Positions 51,960 through 61,722 of a stretch of DNA of 64,000 nt are shown here, piece by piece; position 1 is the stretch's first letter, and each line of letters begins with the position of its first letter. The notes under the pieces were generated by a model. The model did no database searches. It had not been told where the DNA came from and saw nothing but the letters and a program-made list of their open reading frames with translations. Origin of the DNA: Candidatus Latescibacterota bacterium (GTDB lineage: Bacteria; Latescibacterota; UBA2968). The stretch lies in assembly GCA_965198115.1 (NCBI GenBank), contig OZ240241.1, positions 4,736,001-4,800,000 of the forward strand, given 5' to 3'. The position numbers and the translations under genes are program-made.

Positions 51960-52820
51960 GTGAACATCACCCCCCTCTCCCCCATCCTCGGCGCGGAAGC
52001 CACTGACGTCGACGTCACCCAGATCAGCGAAGATGCCTTCGTCGAAATTCGTCGGGGCCTCTGCGATCACAATGGAGTGCTCGTCCTACGCGATCAGCAC
52101 GTCACTCCCGAGCAACACATCGATTTCAGTCGTCAGTTCGGAGAGCTCTTCGGTGAAACCGAACCCTATCAGGACACGGTCACGAAGTACCTCCTGCCAG
52201 GTTATCCACAGATCTTCCGTGCCTCCAACAAAGTCGTCGACGGGGAACCACAGGGCCGAACGCGAGCCGGCAACTACTGGCACTCCGACGTCTCTTTCCG
52301 GCCTCGCCCGGCGATGGTTTCCATTCTTCACGCCATTGAGATTCCTTCCATCGGCGGCGACACGCTCTTCTGCAACATGTACTCTGCGTACGAACGCCTC
52401 TCCAAGCCCGTGCGGGGGTTTCTAACCGACTTGACCGCGCGTCACGACTTTGCAAAGAACACAACCGTCGGATTCTCACACGAAAACATCGCACCCGACG
52501 ATCTCGACGGATTCAACGCGGCCGAACATCCGGTCGTGCGCACACATCCGGAATCCGGACGCAAATGTCTCTTCGTCAACCCGGGCAACACGTCGGCCAT
52601 CGTCGGACTGCATTCGCAAGAAAGCGAAACCCTTCTCGAATTTCTCTACGAACACAGCACACAGTCGGAATCGATCTACCGTCATCGATGGTCGGTCAAC
52701 GATCTCCTCATCTGGGACAACCGCTGCGTGATGCATTACGCCATTGCCGACTACGACGAAGATCGCTACATGCATCGCACGACCGTCATCGGCGAGCGCC
52801 CAGTGCCAGTGTCTTCCTGA
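51960..52820 (+). CDS. TauD/TfdA family dioxygenase
   Basis: WHSD, GGDT.F, HPVVRTHPESGR, WDNR..MH. Confidence 0.9.
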   Translation: MNITPLSPILGAEATDVDVTQISEDAFVEIRRGLCDHNGVLVLRDQHVTPEQHIDFSRQFGELFGETEPYQDTVTKYLLPGYPQIFRASNKVVDGEPQGRTRAGNYWHSDVSFRPRPAMVSILHAIEIPSIGGDTLFCNMYSAYERLSKPVRGFLTDLTARHDFAKNTTVGFSHENIAPDDLDGFNAAEHPVVRTHPESGRKCLFVNPGNTSAIVGLHSQESETLLEFLYEHSTQSESIYRHRWSVNDLLIWDNRCVMHYAIADYDEDRYMHRTTVIGERPVPVSS

Positions 52821-52957
52821 ACACTGCCTGCCTGAGCCGTGTCCTGGGTAAGCGACCGAAGGTCGCTCTACCGAAGGGCAGCCGTCGCCTCACCATCGGA
52901 GCTCTCGAGATCCACGCATCCTCTTAATCCAATCACAGCAGCACGGAGGACGGCCTT

Positions 52958-54157
52958 TTGGACATCCCACGCATGAAAAGCTACATGGAAGAACACGAAT
53001 TGGACGCGGTGCTGGCCTTCGATCAATTCACCACCGCCTATCTTCGCGGCTTCTGGCAGGGCGGGCACATTCGAACCCTGCGGTTCGACGACCATCCGTG
53101 CTTTCCGGTGTTCCCGCGTAAAGGGGATGCGTTCGTCATCGACTTCATGAGCTGGGTCCCGCCGGAAGAGGTTCGGCCAGACTGGTTCAAGGAGTATTAC
53201 AAAGGCCGAGGATCTGGCATGGACGGGGAACACATCAACCTCGAGGTGCTGGCGAAGGCGCTTCGCGAACGTGGGCTCGACCGCAGCCGAATCGGCCTCG
53301 ATCTCGACGAAGCCCCCTACTCTGCGGTCACATACCTGCAGGAATTACTGCCGCACGCAGAGTTGGTGAATGCCCAGGTGCTGTTCTGCGCGCTTCGGGC
53401 AGTCAAGGAACCGTGGCAAATCGATCTGATCCGCGATGCCGTCGCGATTCTCGAAGCTGCCTATCTCGATACGCTGAAGCAGGTAGAGGAAGGGATCACT
53501 GCACGTGATCTGGCCCGCCATCAGATGGCGGAGTGCGTCAAGGGCGGTATGATCATGTCCTGGTGTTCGCCGCTGGACATCGCCTCGAAGTGGTTTCCGG
53601 AGCAACCCAAGGAATTGCATCTGTATATGTCGGATGAAGACTGGCCGGTAAAGCGGAATGACGAGATCGAAATCTTCTGGGACATGGGTGGCGAGTACCA
53701 GGGCTACAACGCTGACATGAGCCGCGCCTTTTACCTCGGCACGCCCCCGGCCGACATGGTCGAGAAATACGAACAGCTTGCCCAATGGCACGTTGTCGCT
53801 CGAGACACCATCAAACTCGGTATGCCGGTCGCCGAGGCCTACGAAGCCATGCGTGCCGCGTTGAAGAAGGAGTTCGGATTCGTGTGGGGCTTTTTCCACG
53901 GCATCGGCATCTTCGCGCACGAAAATCCCTATCTGGATCTCGGTCTACCTCTCGAGCGGCTGACCACGGCACGAAACGATCTGTGCTTCGAAGCCGGCAT
54001 GGTCATGGCATTCGAGCCGTTCAGAAAGATCGACCCGGACGATCCTGACGGGATCAAGGGAGAAGAGGGCGGCTGTATCGAAGACGACTGGCTGTTGACC
54101 GAAGACGGCTGGCAGAGGCTCGGGTCCCTCCCGCAGAAGCTCTTCGTGATCGACTGA
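52958..54157 (+). CDS. M24 (Xaa-Pro peptidase/creatinase) family protein
   Basis: RAVK, D.GG...GYNADMSR, HGIG...HE, EP, IEDD. Confidence 0.85.
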   Translation: MDIPRMKSYMEEHELDAVLAFDQFTTAYLRGFWQGGHIRTLRFDDHPCFPVFPRKGDAFVIDFMSWVPPEEVRPDWFKEYYKGRGSGMDGEHINLEVLAKALRERGLDRSRIGLDLDEAPYSAVTYLQELLPHAELVNAQVLFCALRAVKEPWQIDLIRDAVAILEAAYLDTLKQVEEGITARDLARHQMAECVKGGMIMSWCSPLDIASKWFPEQPKELHLYMSDEDWPVKRNDEIEIFWDMGGEYQGYNADMSRAFYLGTPPADMVEKYEQLAQWHVVARDTIKLGMPVAEAYEAMRAALKKEFGFVWGFFHGIGIFAHENPYLDLGLPLERLTTARNDLCFEAGMVMAFEPFRKIDPDDPDGIKGEEGGCIEDDWLLTEDGWQRLGSLPQKLFVID

Positions 54158-54228
54158 ACCCGGCACCAGAGGTCGATCGTAGGGCACGGCATCGCGCATT
54201 CTGACAGCTAAACCCAAAGCGAGATCGC

Positions 54229-55607
54229 ATGACTCAGGCATCAGCGGACAAGATCGTGCAGGCTGGCGTGATTGGCACCGGACAGTACACCACCGCCATC
54301 GTCACGCAGGCTCAGAGCATTCCCAACCTGAACGTCCCGATCGTGGCCGACACGAACCTCGATGCCGCTCGCAATGCTTATGAATTGGCCGGCGCCGACG
54401 ATATCATCGTCGGCGAGAGCCGGGCGGATGCGCTGGCTGGAATCGAGGGCGGCAAAAAGGTTGTCGTGCAGGATAGTGCTCTGCTGATGGATCTTCCGCT
54501 CGACGTCATCGCGGAGGGGACGGGCAATCCGTCGGCCGGCGCCGTTCACGCGGCCGAAGCGCTCCGAAGCGGCAAGCACGTCGTCATGATCACGAAGGAA
54601 ACAGAGGTCGCCGTCGGTACTGGTCTGCGACGGATTGCAAAGAGCGAAGGCCGGGTCTACACCGCTGCAGACGGAGATCAGCCCAGCCACCTCATCAGCC
54701 TTTTCGAGTGGTGTCGAGAAATCGGGTTGGAAGTCTTGTGTGGCGGCAAGTTCGGAGAGAAAAGGCTATGGATCGACGTCCCGAACCAACAGATACGCTT
54801 TCGTAAGGGCACAACGCAGGACCTGAGCCCCGAGGAGGCTGAACTATTCCGGCCACTGCTTGAGAAGGAAGATCAACCCCACTTCGAGGAGATCATCGCC
54901 AAGAAAAGAGCTTCTGGGCGACTCGATCGACGTCCGGACCGATGACCTGACGGAACTGGCCATCGTCGCCAACGCCACGGGCCTCACCATCGAGCGCGAT
55001 CGGTTCCATCACCCCGTGGTCTGGCCGAACGAGATGCCTGGCGTGCTGGCGCCGAAATCCTACGGCGGCATTCTCGAAGGCCGGGGCATCATCGAGCAGT
55101 CGACGTATCTGAGAGCGTACAACGACACCAGCATGGGAGGGGGCGTCTACGTCACCGTGCACGCCGACAACGAATATTCGCGCAGTATCGTATCAGGGAA
55201 GGGGCACATCTGCAACGCCGACGGCACGTCGAGCATGTTCTTCCGGCCCTACCACCTCTGCGGCGTCGAAACGCCCTACTCGATCCTGTCTGCCGCGCTC
55301 AGAGACACCCCGACCTCGGGTTGGGAGATGGCACAGCACTACGACTCCTTCGGCCGAGCGAAGCAGAACCTGCCCTCAGGGACCGAACTCCACGGTGCAC
55401 ACGATTCCAACTGGGAGACGTTTTTAGCGCCGGCCGTCCAGCTCAGCGATGATGCATCGGCCGATCCCATTCCTTACCACATCGCAACCGATCACAGGCT
55501 GACGGAGAATGTATCCGCTGGAACAGTTCTAACACAAAACCTAGTCGCGCGCGTCCACCGAGTCTCCGCTATGGCAACTGCGGGCGGAGCAGGACCGTAG
55601 CGACTAA
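54229..55607 (+). CDS. Homoserine dehydrogenase-like NAD-binding oxidoreductase with C-terminal SAF domain, frameshifts near 54905 and 55548
   Basis: GVIGTGQY, EGTGNP, ADGDQP, RPYHLCGVET; last frame ends SPLWQLRAEQDRSD* at TAA 55605-07. Confidence 0.75.
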
Positions 55608-56901
55608 GGGTTTGCCACGAAATAAGTGCTGCACTTTTCAAGGTAATGATCTTACGCTCGGAGTGTGGACGTCGAAACTCTCCGAACGAAGTATGAAGCC
55701 TTGGCTCCGGTGCTGACGGAACGCACGCGTCGTCTGTGGGCCGCCACGGAAGCCGAAGCGTTGGGTCACGGTGGGATCGCGATTGTGGCTCTGGCGACAG
55801 GAATGTCCAGAGAGCGGATCTTTCGTGGCATTCAGGAGTTGAGGTCGGACGAACCTTTGGACCCGGCTCGCATCCGGCGTCCAGGCGGCGGTCGTAAGCG
55901 GAAGGCCGACACGGACCCGACGCTGTGGCAGGACCTGAATGATCTGGTCGAGCCAACGACTGCGGGGTCGCCTGACGACAATCCTCTGAGATGGACATCG
56001 AAGAGCACTCGCAAACTGGCCGCCGAGTTGCAAGCGATGGGGCATTCGGTGAGCCCCAGGATCGTTGCCAATCTCCTGCACGAACACGATTACACGCTGC
56101 AGGCGAATCGGAAGACAAGGGAGGGATCTGCACACCCGGATCGGGACGCTCAGTTCGTTTACCTCGATGATCGGATTAGCCAGCAGCAGCAGCAGGGCCT
56201 TCCCGTTATCTCGGTGGACACCAAGAAGAAAGAGTTGATCGGCGACTTCAAGAATCCTGGCCGAGAATGGCGACCCAAGGGAGACCCGGAGCGTGTGAAG
56301 GTACACGATTTCATAGTGCCTGCTCAGGGCAAGGCGATCCCTTATGGAGTGTATGATCTGAGCCGTGATGAAGGCTGGGTAAGTGTCGGTATCGATCACG
56401 ACACGGCCAGCTTCGCCGTGAATGCGATCCGAAGTTGGTGGAAGAACATGGGACGGCCCGCCTACGGCACTTCGACGCATCTGCTAATCACGGCGGACGC
56501 AGGCGGCAGCAACGGCGCCAAGACGCGGCTGTGGAAGTGGGAGCTGCAGCGCTTTGCGAATCGCACTGGCCTGACGATCACCGTATGCCACTACCCTCCT
56601 GGCACTAGTAAGTGGAACAAGATCGAACATCGCCTGTTCTCCTTCATCGCTATGAACTGGCGAGGCAAGCCCCTGGTCAGCCTGGCTGCAACCGTGAATC
56701 TCATTGCCGGAACGACCACTCAAGCCGGTCTCCGAGTACGCTCCGAGATCGACAAGCGACCCTACCCTAACGGGGTCAAGGTGACCGATGAACAGATGAC
56801 CCAAATCGATCTCACTCCGCACGATTTCCACGGCGACTGGAACTACACGATCCGGCCAATGGCTCAACATTGAGATCGACCGTTTATTTATTCGCGAACC
56901 C
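55608..56901 (+). mobile_element. ISAzo13-family insertion sequence
   Basis: Ends GGGTTTGCCACGAAATAA / reverse GGGTTCGCGAATAA; TAA on both flanks. Confidence 0.85.
55665..56873 (+). CDS. ISAzo13 (Rhodopirellula-type) DDE transposase
   Basis: RRPGGGRK, SVDTKKKELIG, DHDT, DAGGSNG, SKWNKIEHRLF, HGDWNY. Confidence 0.95.
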   Translation: MDVETLRTKYEALAPVLTERTRRLWAATEAEALGHGGIAIVALATGMSRERIFRGIQELRSDEPLDPARIRRPGGGRKRKADTDPTLWQDLNDLVEPTTAGSPDDNPLRWTSKSTRKLAAELQAMGHSVSPRIVANLLHEHDYTLQANRKTREGSAHPDRDAQFVYLDDRISQQQQQGLPVISVDTKKKELIGDFKNPGREWRPKGDPERVKVHDFIVPAQGKAIPYGVYDLSRDEGWVSVGIDHDTASFAVNAIRSWWKNMGRPAYGTSTHLLITADAGGSNGAKTRLWKWELQRFANRTGLTITVCHYPPGTSKWNKIEHRLFSFIAMNWRGKPLVSLAATVNLIAGTTTQAGLRVRSEIDKRPYPNGVKVTDEQMTQIDLTPHDFHGDWNYTIRPMAQH

Positions 56902-59900
56902 TAAGCACCGGCCGAGCTTCCACGGACCTCTTCGTCATCGACAACCACGTGTGGTTGGGCGGAGCAGCCGGTGCCATCCGATACAACGGGAGGGTCTGGA
57001 CCCGGTATACCACATCAGATGGGCTGATTGACGGTTCGGTCTCGGCGGTTCTGAGGGGAAGGACGGCAGTCTCTGGGTCGCCGGGCAGCACCTCGGCAGG
57101 AGCGGGGCGGTTCGGTTCGACGGGCAGAAATGGCAGGTGTTTTCTTCGGAAGACGGCCTGGTCGGAGAGAACATCTACACGGGGTATGTCGCCAGCAACG
57201 GTGATGTCTGGTTCGGAACAAAATGGCCAGGAGCCGCAGGCCAAGCAACGGGCCTGATCCGGTATGATGGGCAGGGATGGGTTAACTACACAACGGATGA
57301 CGGCCTTATTCACAATACCGTCTACACCATCACCGAAACCGCTGACGGCGCAATGTGGTTCGGCACACTCGGGGGACTCAGCCGATTCGATGGCGTGGCC
57401 TGGACTAACTACACACCCAACGATGGCGGCGGCAATCAGGCCCAGAAGATACGCACGATTCTGCCCGTCCGAGATGGCAGTCTCTGGGTTGGCCAGGCCA
57501 GGCCCTATTGGAGGGCTTCATCACTTCGATGGGTCGGACTGGACCCAATACGGGGAGGGAGAAGGGCTTGGCGGGAACCAGGTTGATAGGATTATTCAGG
57601 CGAAGGACGGCACACTCTGGTTTGGAAAGAGTCAAGGTCTCGTGCGTTTTGACTGGACGAATTGGGCACTTTACCCCAAGACCCAGATTCCCATCTCGCT
57701 GGGTGTGGGCATGGAGGACATCGTGGGAACCCCTGATGGGGCACTGTGGCTGAGGAGCCCACACACTGGCGATGTTGCTCGCTTTCTTCCCGATCCGAAT
57801 CCACCCGAAACGTCACTGGAACCAACCCCTGATCGAGTGACCTCGTGGGATGACACGCCAGCAGAGCTTGTCCGCTATCAGTGGCGGATTGATGACGAGG
57901 CGTGGTCGTCCGCATCACGGCGGAGCGCGGTGGCGTTTACCTCGTTGTCCACTGGTGACCACCGGTTTGAGGTCCGCACAATTGGCCGCGATGGCAACGT
58001 AGACCCGACGCCCGCCATCCACGCGTTTATCGTCGAGGCCCCCTGGTGGCGCAACCCAGTCGTGGCAGGTCCCGGCGTTCTGCTCATCCTCGGCATCCTG
58101 TTCCAGTCCGCCCGTGTCGTGCAGGCCAAACGGAAGCTACAGGATTCGGTGAATGCGCTCTCATCGGCCAACAACGAACTGTTTCAGGTCAACGTAGACC
58201 TCCAGCGCGAGCAGGTGCTGGAGTGGCTGCGGGGTCAGGCGCAGGGGATGCAGTCGAGTGAGGATATCGGACCGGTTGTAGAGGCCGTGCATCGAGAGCT
58301 GACCGGGCTTGGGCTACCGCTGATTAATTCGGGATTTTCAATTACCATTTCGGAAACGAAGGCCGAGAGGTGGACCACGGACGTAGACGGTCGTGCTCTG
58401 GAGCCGTTTGTCGTAGACCTTGAAGGTGTAGTTGCCCGCCCAGTCCTTGAAGCTCGCCGCCGCGGCGACGACTATTACCACTATCACGTGGAGGGTGAGG
58501 AAGCCGAAGAGGCGATCCGCCAGCAGATCGAGCGCGGTAATCCTCACTGGAAGGGCGTTCCAGAAAAGCAATGGCCCCCAAAGTATGATGCTTACATCGT
58601 CTTCTTTGTGGGAGGCAGTGTCGTAGTCATGTCGGAAGAACCCGTTGCCGAAGAATATCTGATGCTCATCAAGCGGTTTGGCGAGGTCTTCGGCTACGCC
58701 CACTCACGTTGGGAGGAGCTGAAGCAGAAGGAAGCGCAAAACCGCCGGCTTGCGGTAGAGGCATCAGTCCAGCGGCTCCGTGCCGAAGTGCAGTCGATGG
58801 ACGCAGCGGGCGATTTTGAGGAGATTCTCGGCCTGTTGACAGAAGACCTGAAGTCCATCGGACTCGAATTCGAATCTTGCGACATCGACGTACTCGACGA
58901 GCCCGTCGAGTCACCGACGATGACGTTGTTCGAATCAAACGGCTTTCGATACACGACCTTTACCCTCGATCCGAACGGACACGTTACCTCCGAATCCTTT
59001 GCGGTTGCGGCCCCCTTCCCCGCCGTCAACCGTCAGACGATCGAGCGGTTCATCGCTGGCGAGCCGTGGCAGGCGGTGATCGAGGAGGAGACGACCATCC
59101 TAGAAGTGCCCGCAGGCAGCTATGGACGTCTCAGACTGACAGCGTCGGGTCGTGAACGCTATACCGACGACGAAATAGCTACCCTCCGCGAGTTCGCCGA
59201 CGCTGTCGCCCTTGGCTACGCCCGCTATCTCGACATCCGCGAAATTCAAGAGCAGACCGAACGCAAGTCCGCTTTCCTCGCCTCGATGTCCCACGAGCTG
59301 CGTACACCGATGAACGCCATCAAGGGGTTCACGAATCTGGTGCTTAACCGCGAAGGTGATAAACTGTCCGAGCGAGGCCAGGGGAACCTGCAGAAGGCGA
59401 CCCAAGCATCCGACCATCTGTTAGCGATGATTGATGACCTGCTGGACCTGTCGAAGTGAAGCGGGAAGTATGGACGTGAACCCCGAGCGGTTCAATGTGA
59501 AGGAACTGGTCACGTTGGCGTGCGACACCGTCAGTCCGCTGATCCAGGATGGTGTGGAGCTACGCCAGGACGTGACCGACCCTTCGGCAAGCTCAGGGCA
59601 GGCTCAGCTAATGGCGAACACCGACAAGGCGCGGTTGCAGCAGATGGTCATCAACCTGTTGTCCAACGCCATCAAGTTCACCGACAGCGGCAGTGTGACC
59701 GTGAGCGCGAGCCAGGCGGACGGTGAGCTGGTCATCGCTGTCAGCGACACCGGCAAGGGCATCCCCGTCGACGAGCTGCCGTCCATCTTCGATGAATACC
59801 GTCAGGCCGAAGGGTCGGAGAGCAGCGTGCAGAAGGGCACGGGCCTGGGGCTGTCCATCACGAAGAAGTTTGCGGAGCTGCTGGGTGGGACCATCGGTGT

Positions 59901-59973
59901 GGAGAGCGAAGTGGGGAAGGGCAGCACGTTTACGGTGAGGGTGCCGATGAGCTATCAACAGCCTGAAGCCTGA
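56902..59973 (+). pseudogene. 5'-truncated sensor histidine kinase (beta-propeller sensor, Y_Y_Y-like domain, TM, HisKA, HATPase), several frameshifts
   Basis: Propeller repeats (DG..WFGT, YTT.DGL), PWW-TM, FLASMSHELRTPMN, NLLSNAIKFT, DTGKGI, GTGLGL; frame runs open to the IS end with no start or signal peptide. Confidence 0.8.
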
Positions 59974-60293
59974 AATCCAGAATCACTATCGAGAAGGCCG
60001 AGCCCCAGCGATGGACTGAGGCGCCCTGGCTGATCGCCGACCTACCGGGCACGCGCTAGCCATATAGACTTGCCACTGACCTGACTCGAACAACCCTGAC
60101 ACCAGGAACCCGGTATATTCAACCCGTCGAACCGGCATGGTGTGTAGGACGGGCCCGTAAGCACATCCTACAGCACCCACCTACCTCAAAGCAAGTCCGA
60201 AAACCCTTTGTTCAGACCAACGATAATACCCTACATATGCACTATGCGTAATCCATAATTGCTCTCGCCCAAAAGCTGGAGGCTTACAATAGT

Positions 60294-60345
60294 ATGTCAA
60301 AAAACATCACATTTGTAGTAGTCGCAGGCGCACTCATTTTAGTTG
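60294..60345 (+). pseudogene. 5' stub of a gene interrupted by IS256
   Basis: GGAGG upstream; ATG then MSKNITFVVVAGALILV (signal-peptide-like) running into the IS256 end. Confidence 0.45.
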
Positions 60346-61719
60346 GAGCTCAGGTCAATAGGTGTGTAAAAGAAATCAGGCGGCCATCTTCCCGGCTTCG
60401 ACCTGCGGTCCGGTTGAGTGTTTCTGATCGTAGACTTGTTGTAGCAAGTGTGGCGCGGTGAGTTTCCTGAATCGGCTCTCTGCGACCTTGAGCGTACGCC
60501 AGATGAGAGCCGTGGCGTTCCTGACTTTCTTGAATCGCCTGGCGGCGTTTGTGCGAAGCCGAACGGAAGCAAAGGGGCTCTCGACGACGTTCGTGGTTCT
60601 CAGGTGTTTCCAGTGTTCCTTCGGGAAGTCGTAGAACGTGACCATCCGATCCCAGTCTCTTTCGAGCGTCTCCACGGCGGCAGGGAACTGTGAGCGATAC
60701 CGTGCGGCAAAGCGTTTCCGGAGCTTCTCGGCCTCCTTTTTCGTGCCGGCATAGGGGATCTGGACGAGCAGTGCGCGGGCTTCAGCCTGTGCACGCTTGG
60801 CGACCTTGTCGAGCACGTTGAGGATCTTGTGGTTCCAGCACCGTTGTTGCCGGCTCTCTGGCCAGACCTGATCAACGGCCGCCCAGATGCCCATATTCCC
60901 GTCCGCGGCGATCAGGACAGGATGTTCGAGCCCGCGATCCCGGAGATCCCGGAGCACCGTGAGCCAGGATTCTGTAGACTCTCGATAACCGGGTTCTATC
61001 GCCAGGATCTCCTTGCTGCCGTCGCTCATCGCGCCGATCACGACCAGCAGACACGCCTTCTCGCGCTCGAGCCCGGCTTTGACGTAGATGCCATCAGCCC
61101 AGGCGTAGACCAGTTCGCGATTATCCAGACGCCTTTCTTTCCAGTCCTGGAAGTCGACCTCCCACTTCCCTCGAAGACGAGCGATCGAGGTCGGCGAAAG
61201 CGGCGCGCCATCACCGAGCAGCGCACGCAAAGACAACTCGAAGTCGCCCTGGGAGAGACCGTGGAGATAAAGGTCGGGAAGCAGATCTCCAATGGCCCTG
61301 GTTCTCCGGGCGAACAGGGGGAGGATGCGGCTTTCAAACCGCTCTTCCAGACCACGAACCCGGGGACGCCGGACCTTGATCGTTCCGCAGCTCGTCGAGA
61401 GACGCCGGGGCTTGCCGTAGCCGTTCCTGTAGCCCGTGGAGCTATCGACCTCGGCTCGGCGCTCATACCACGACCGGCCCAAGAACGCGGTCGCCTCCTC
61501 CTCCAGAATGGACTGGAACCGGCCCTGGATCTCTTCACGGATCCAATCGTCAACCGTCTCCCACGTCGGCATGGACTTCAATGGGGCTCTATGCGTATGT
61601 TCCTTCACGGCGATCCTCCTTCCCAACCGGGCCTCTCACCCGGTTTTGTGTGAATCAACTATCTCACGGGAAGGGTAGGGTCGCCCTTTCTCTTTTTCCA
61701 CACCTTTTGATTATAGCTC
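60346..61719 (-). mobile_element. IS256-family insertion sequence, copy 1
   Basis: IRs GAGCTATAATCAAAAGGTGTGG / GAGCTCAGGTCAATAGGTGTGT. Confidence 0.9.
60376..61626 (-). CDS. IS256 (Mutator) transposase, intact
   Basis: YRNGY, WADGIY, ADG..G, QRCWNHK, TTNVVES. Confidence 0.95.
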   Translation of the reverse strand: MGRRIAVKEHTHRAPLKSMPTWETVDDWIREEIQGRFQSILEEEATAFLGRSWYERRAEVDSSTGYRNGYGKPRRLSTSCGTIKVRRPRVRGLEERFESRILPLFARRTRAIGDLLPDLYLHGLSQGDFELSLRALLGDGAPLSPTSIARLRGKWEVDFQDWKERRLDNRELVYAWADGIYVKAGLEREKACLLVVIGAMSDGSKEILAIEPGYRESTESWLTVLRDLRDRGLEHPVLIAADGNMGIWAAVDQVWPESRQQRCWNHKILNVLDKVAKRAQAEARALLVQIPYAGTKKEAEKLRKRFAARYRSQFPAAVETLERDWDRMVTFYDFPKEHWKHLRTTNVVESPFASVRLRTNAARRFKKVRNATALIWRTLKVAESRFRKLTAPHLLQQVYDQKHSTGPQVEAGKMAA

Positions 61720-61722
61720 TTA

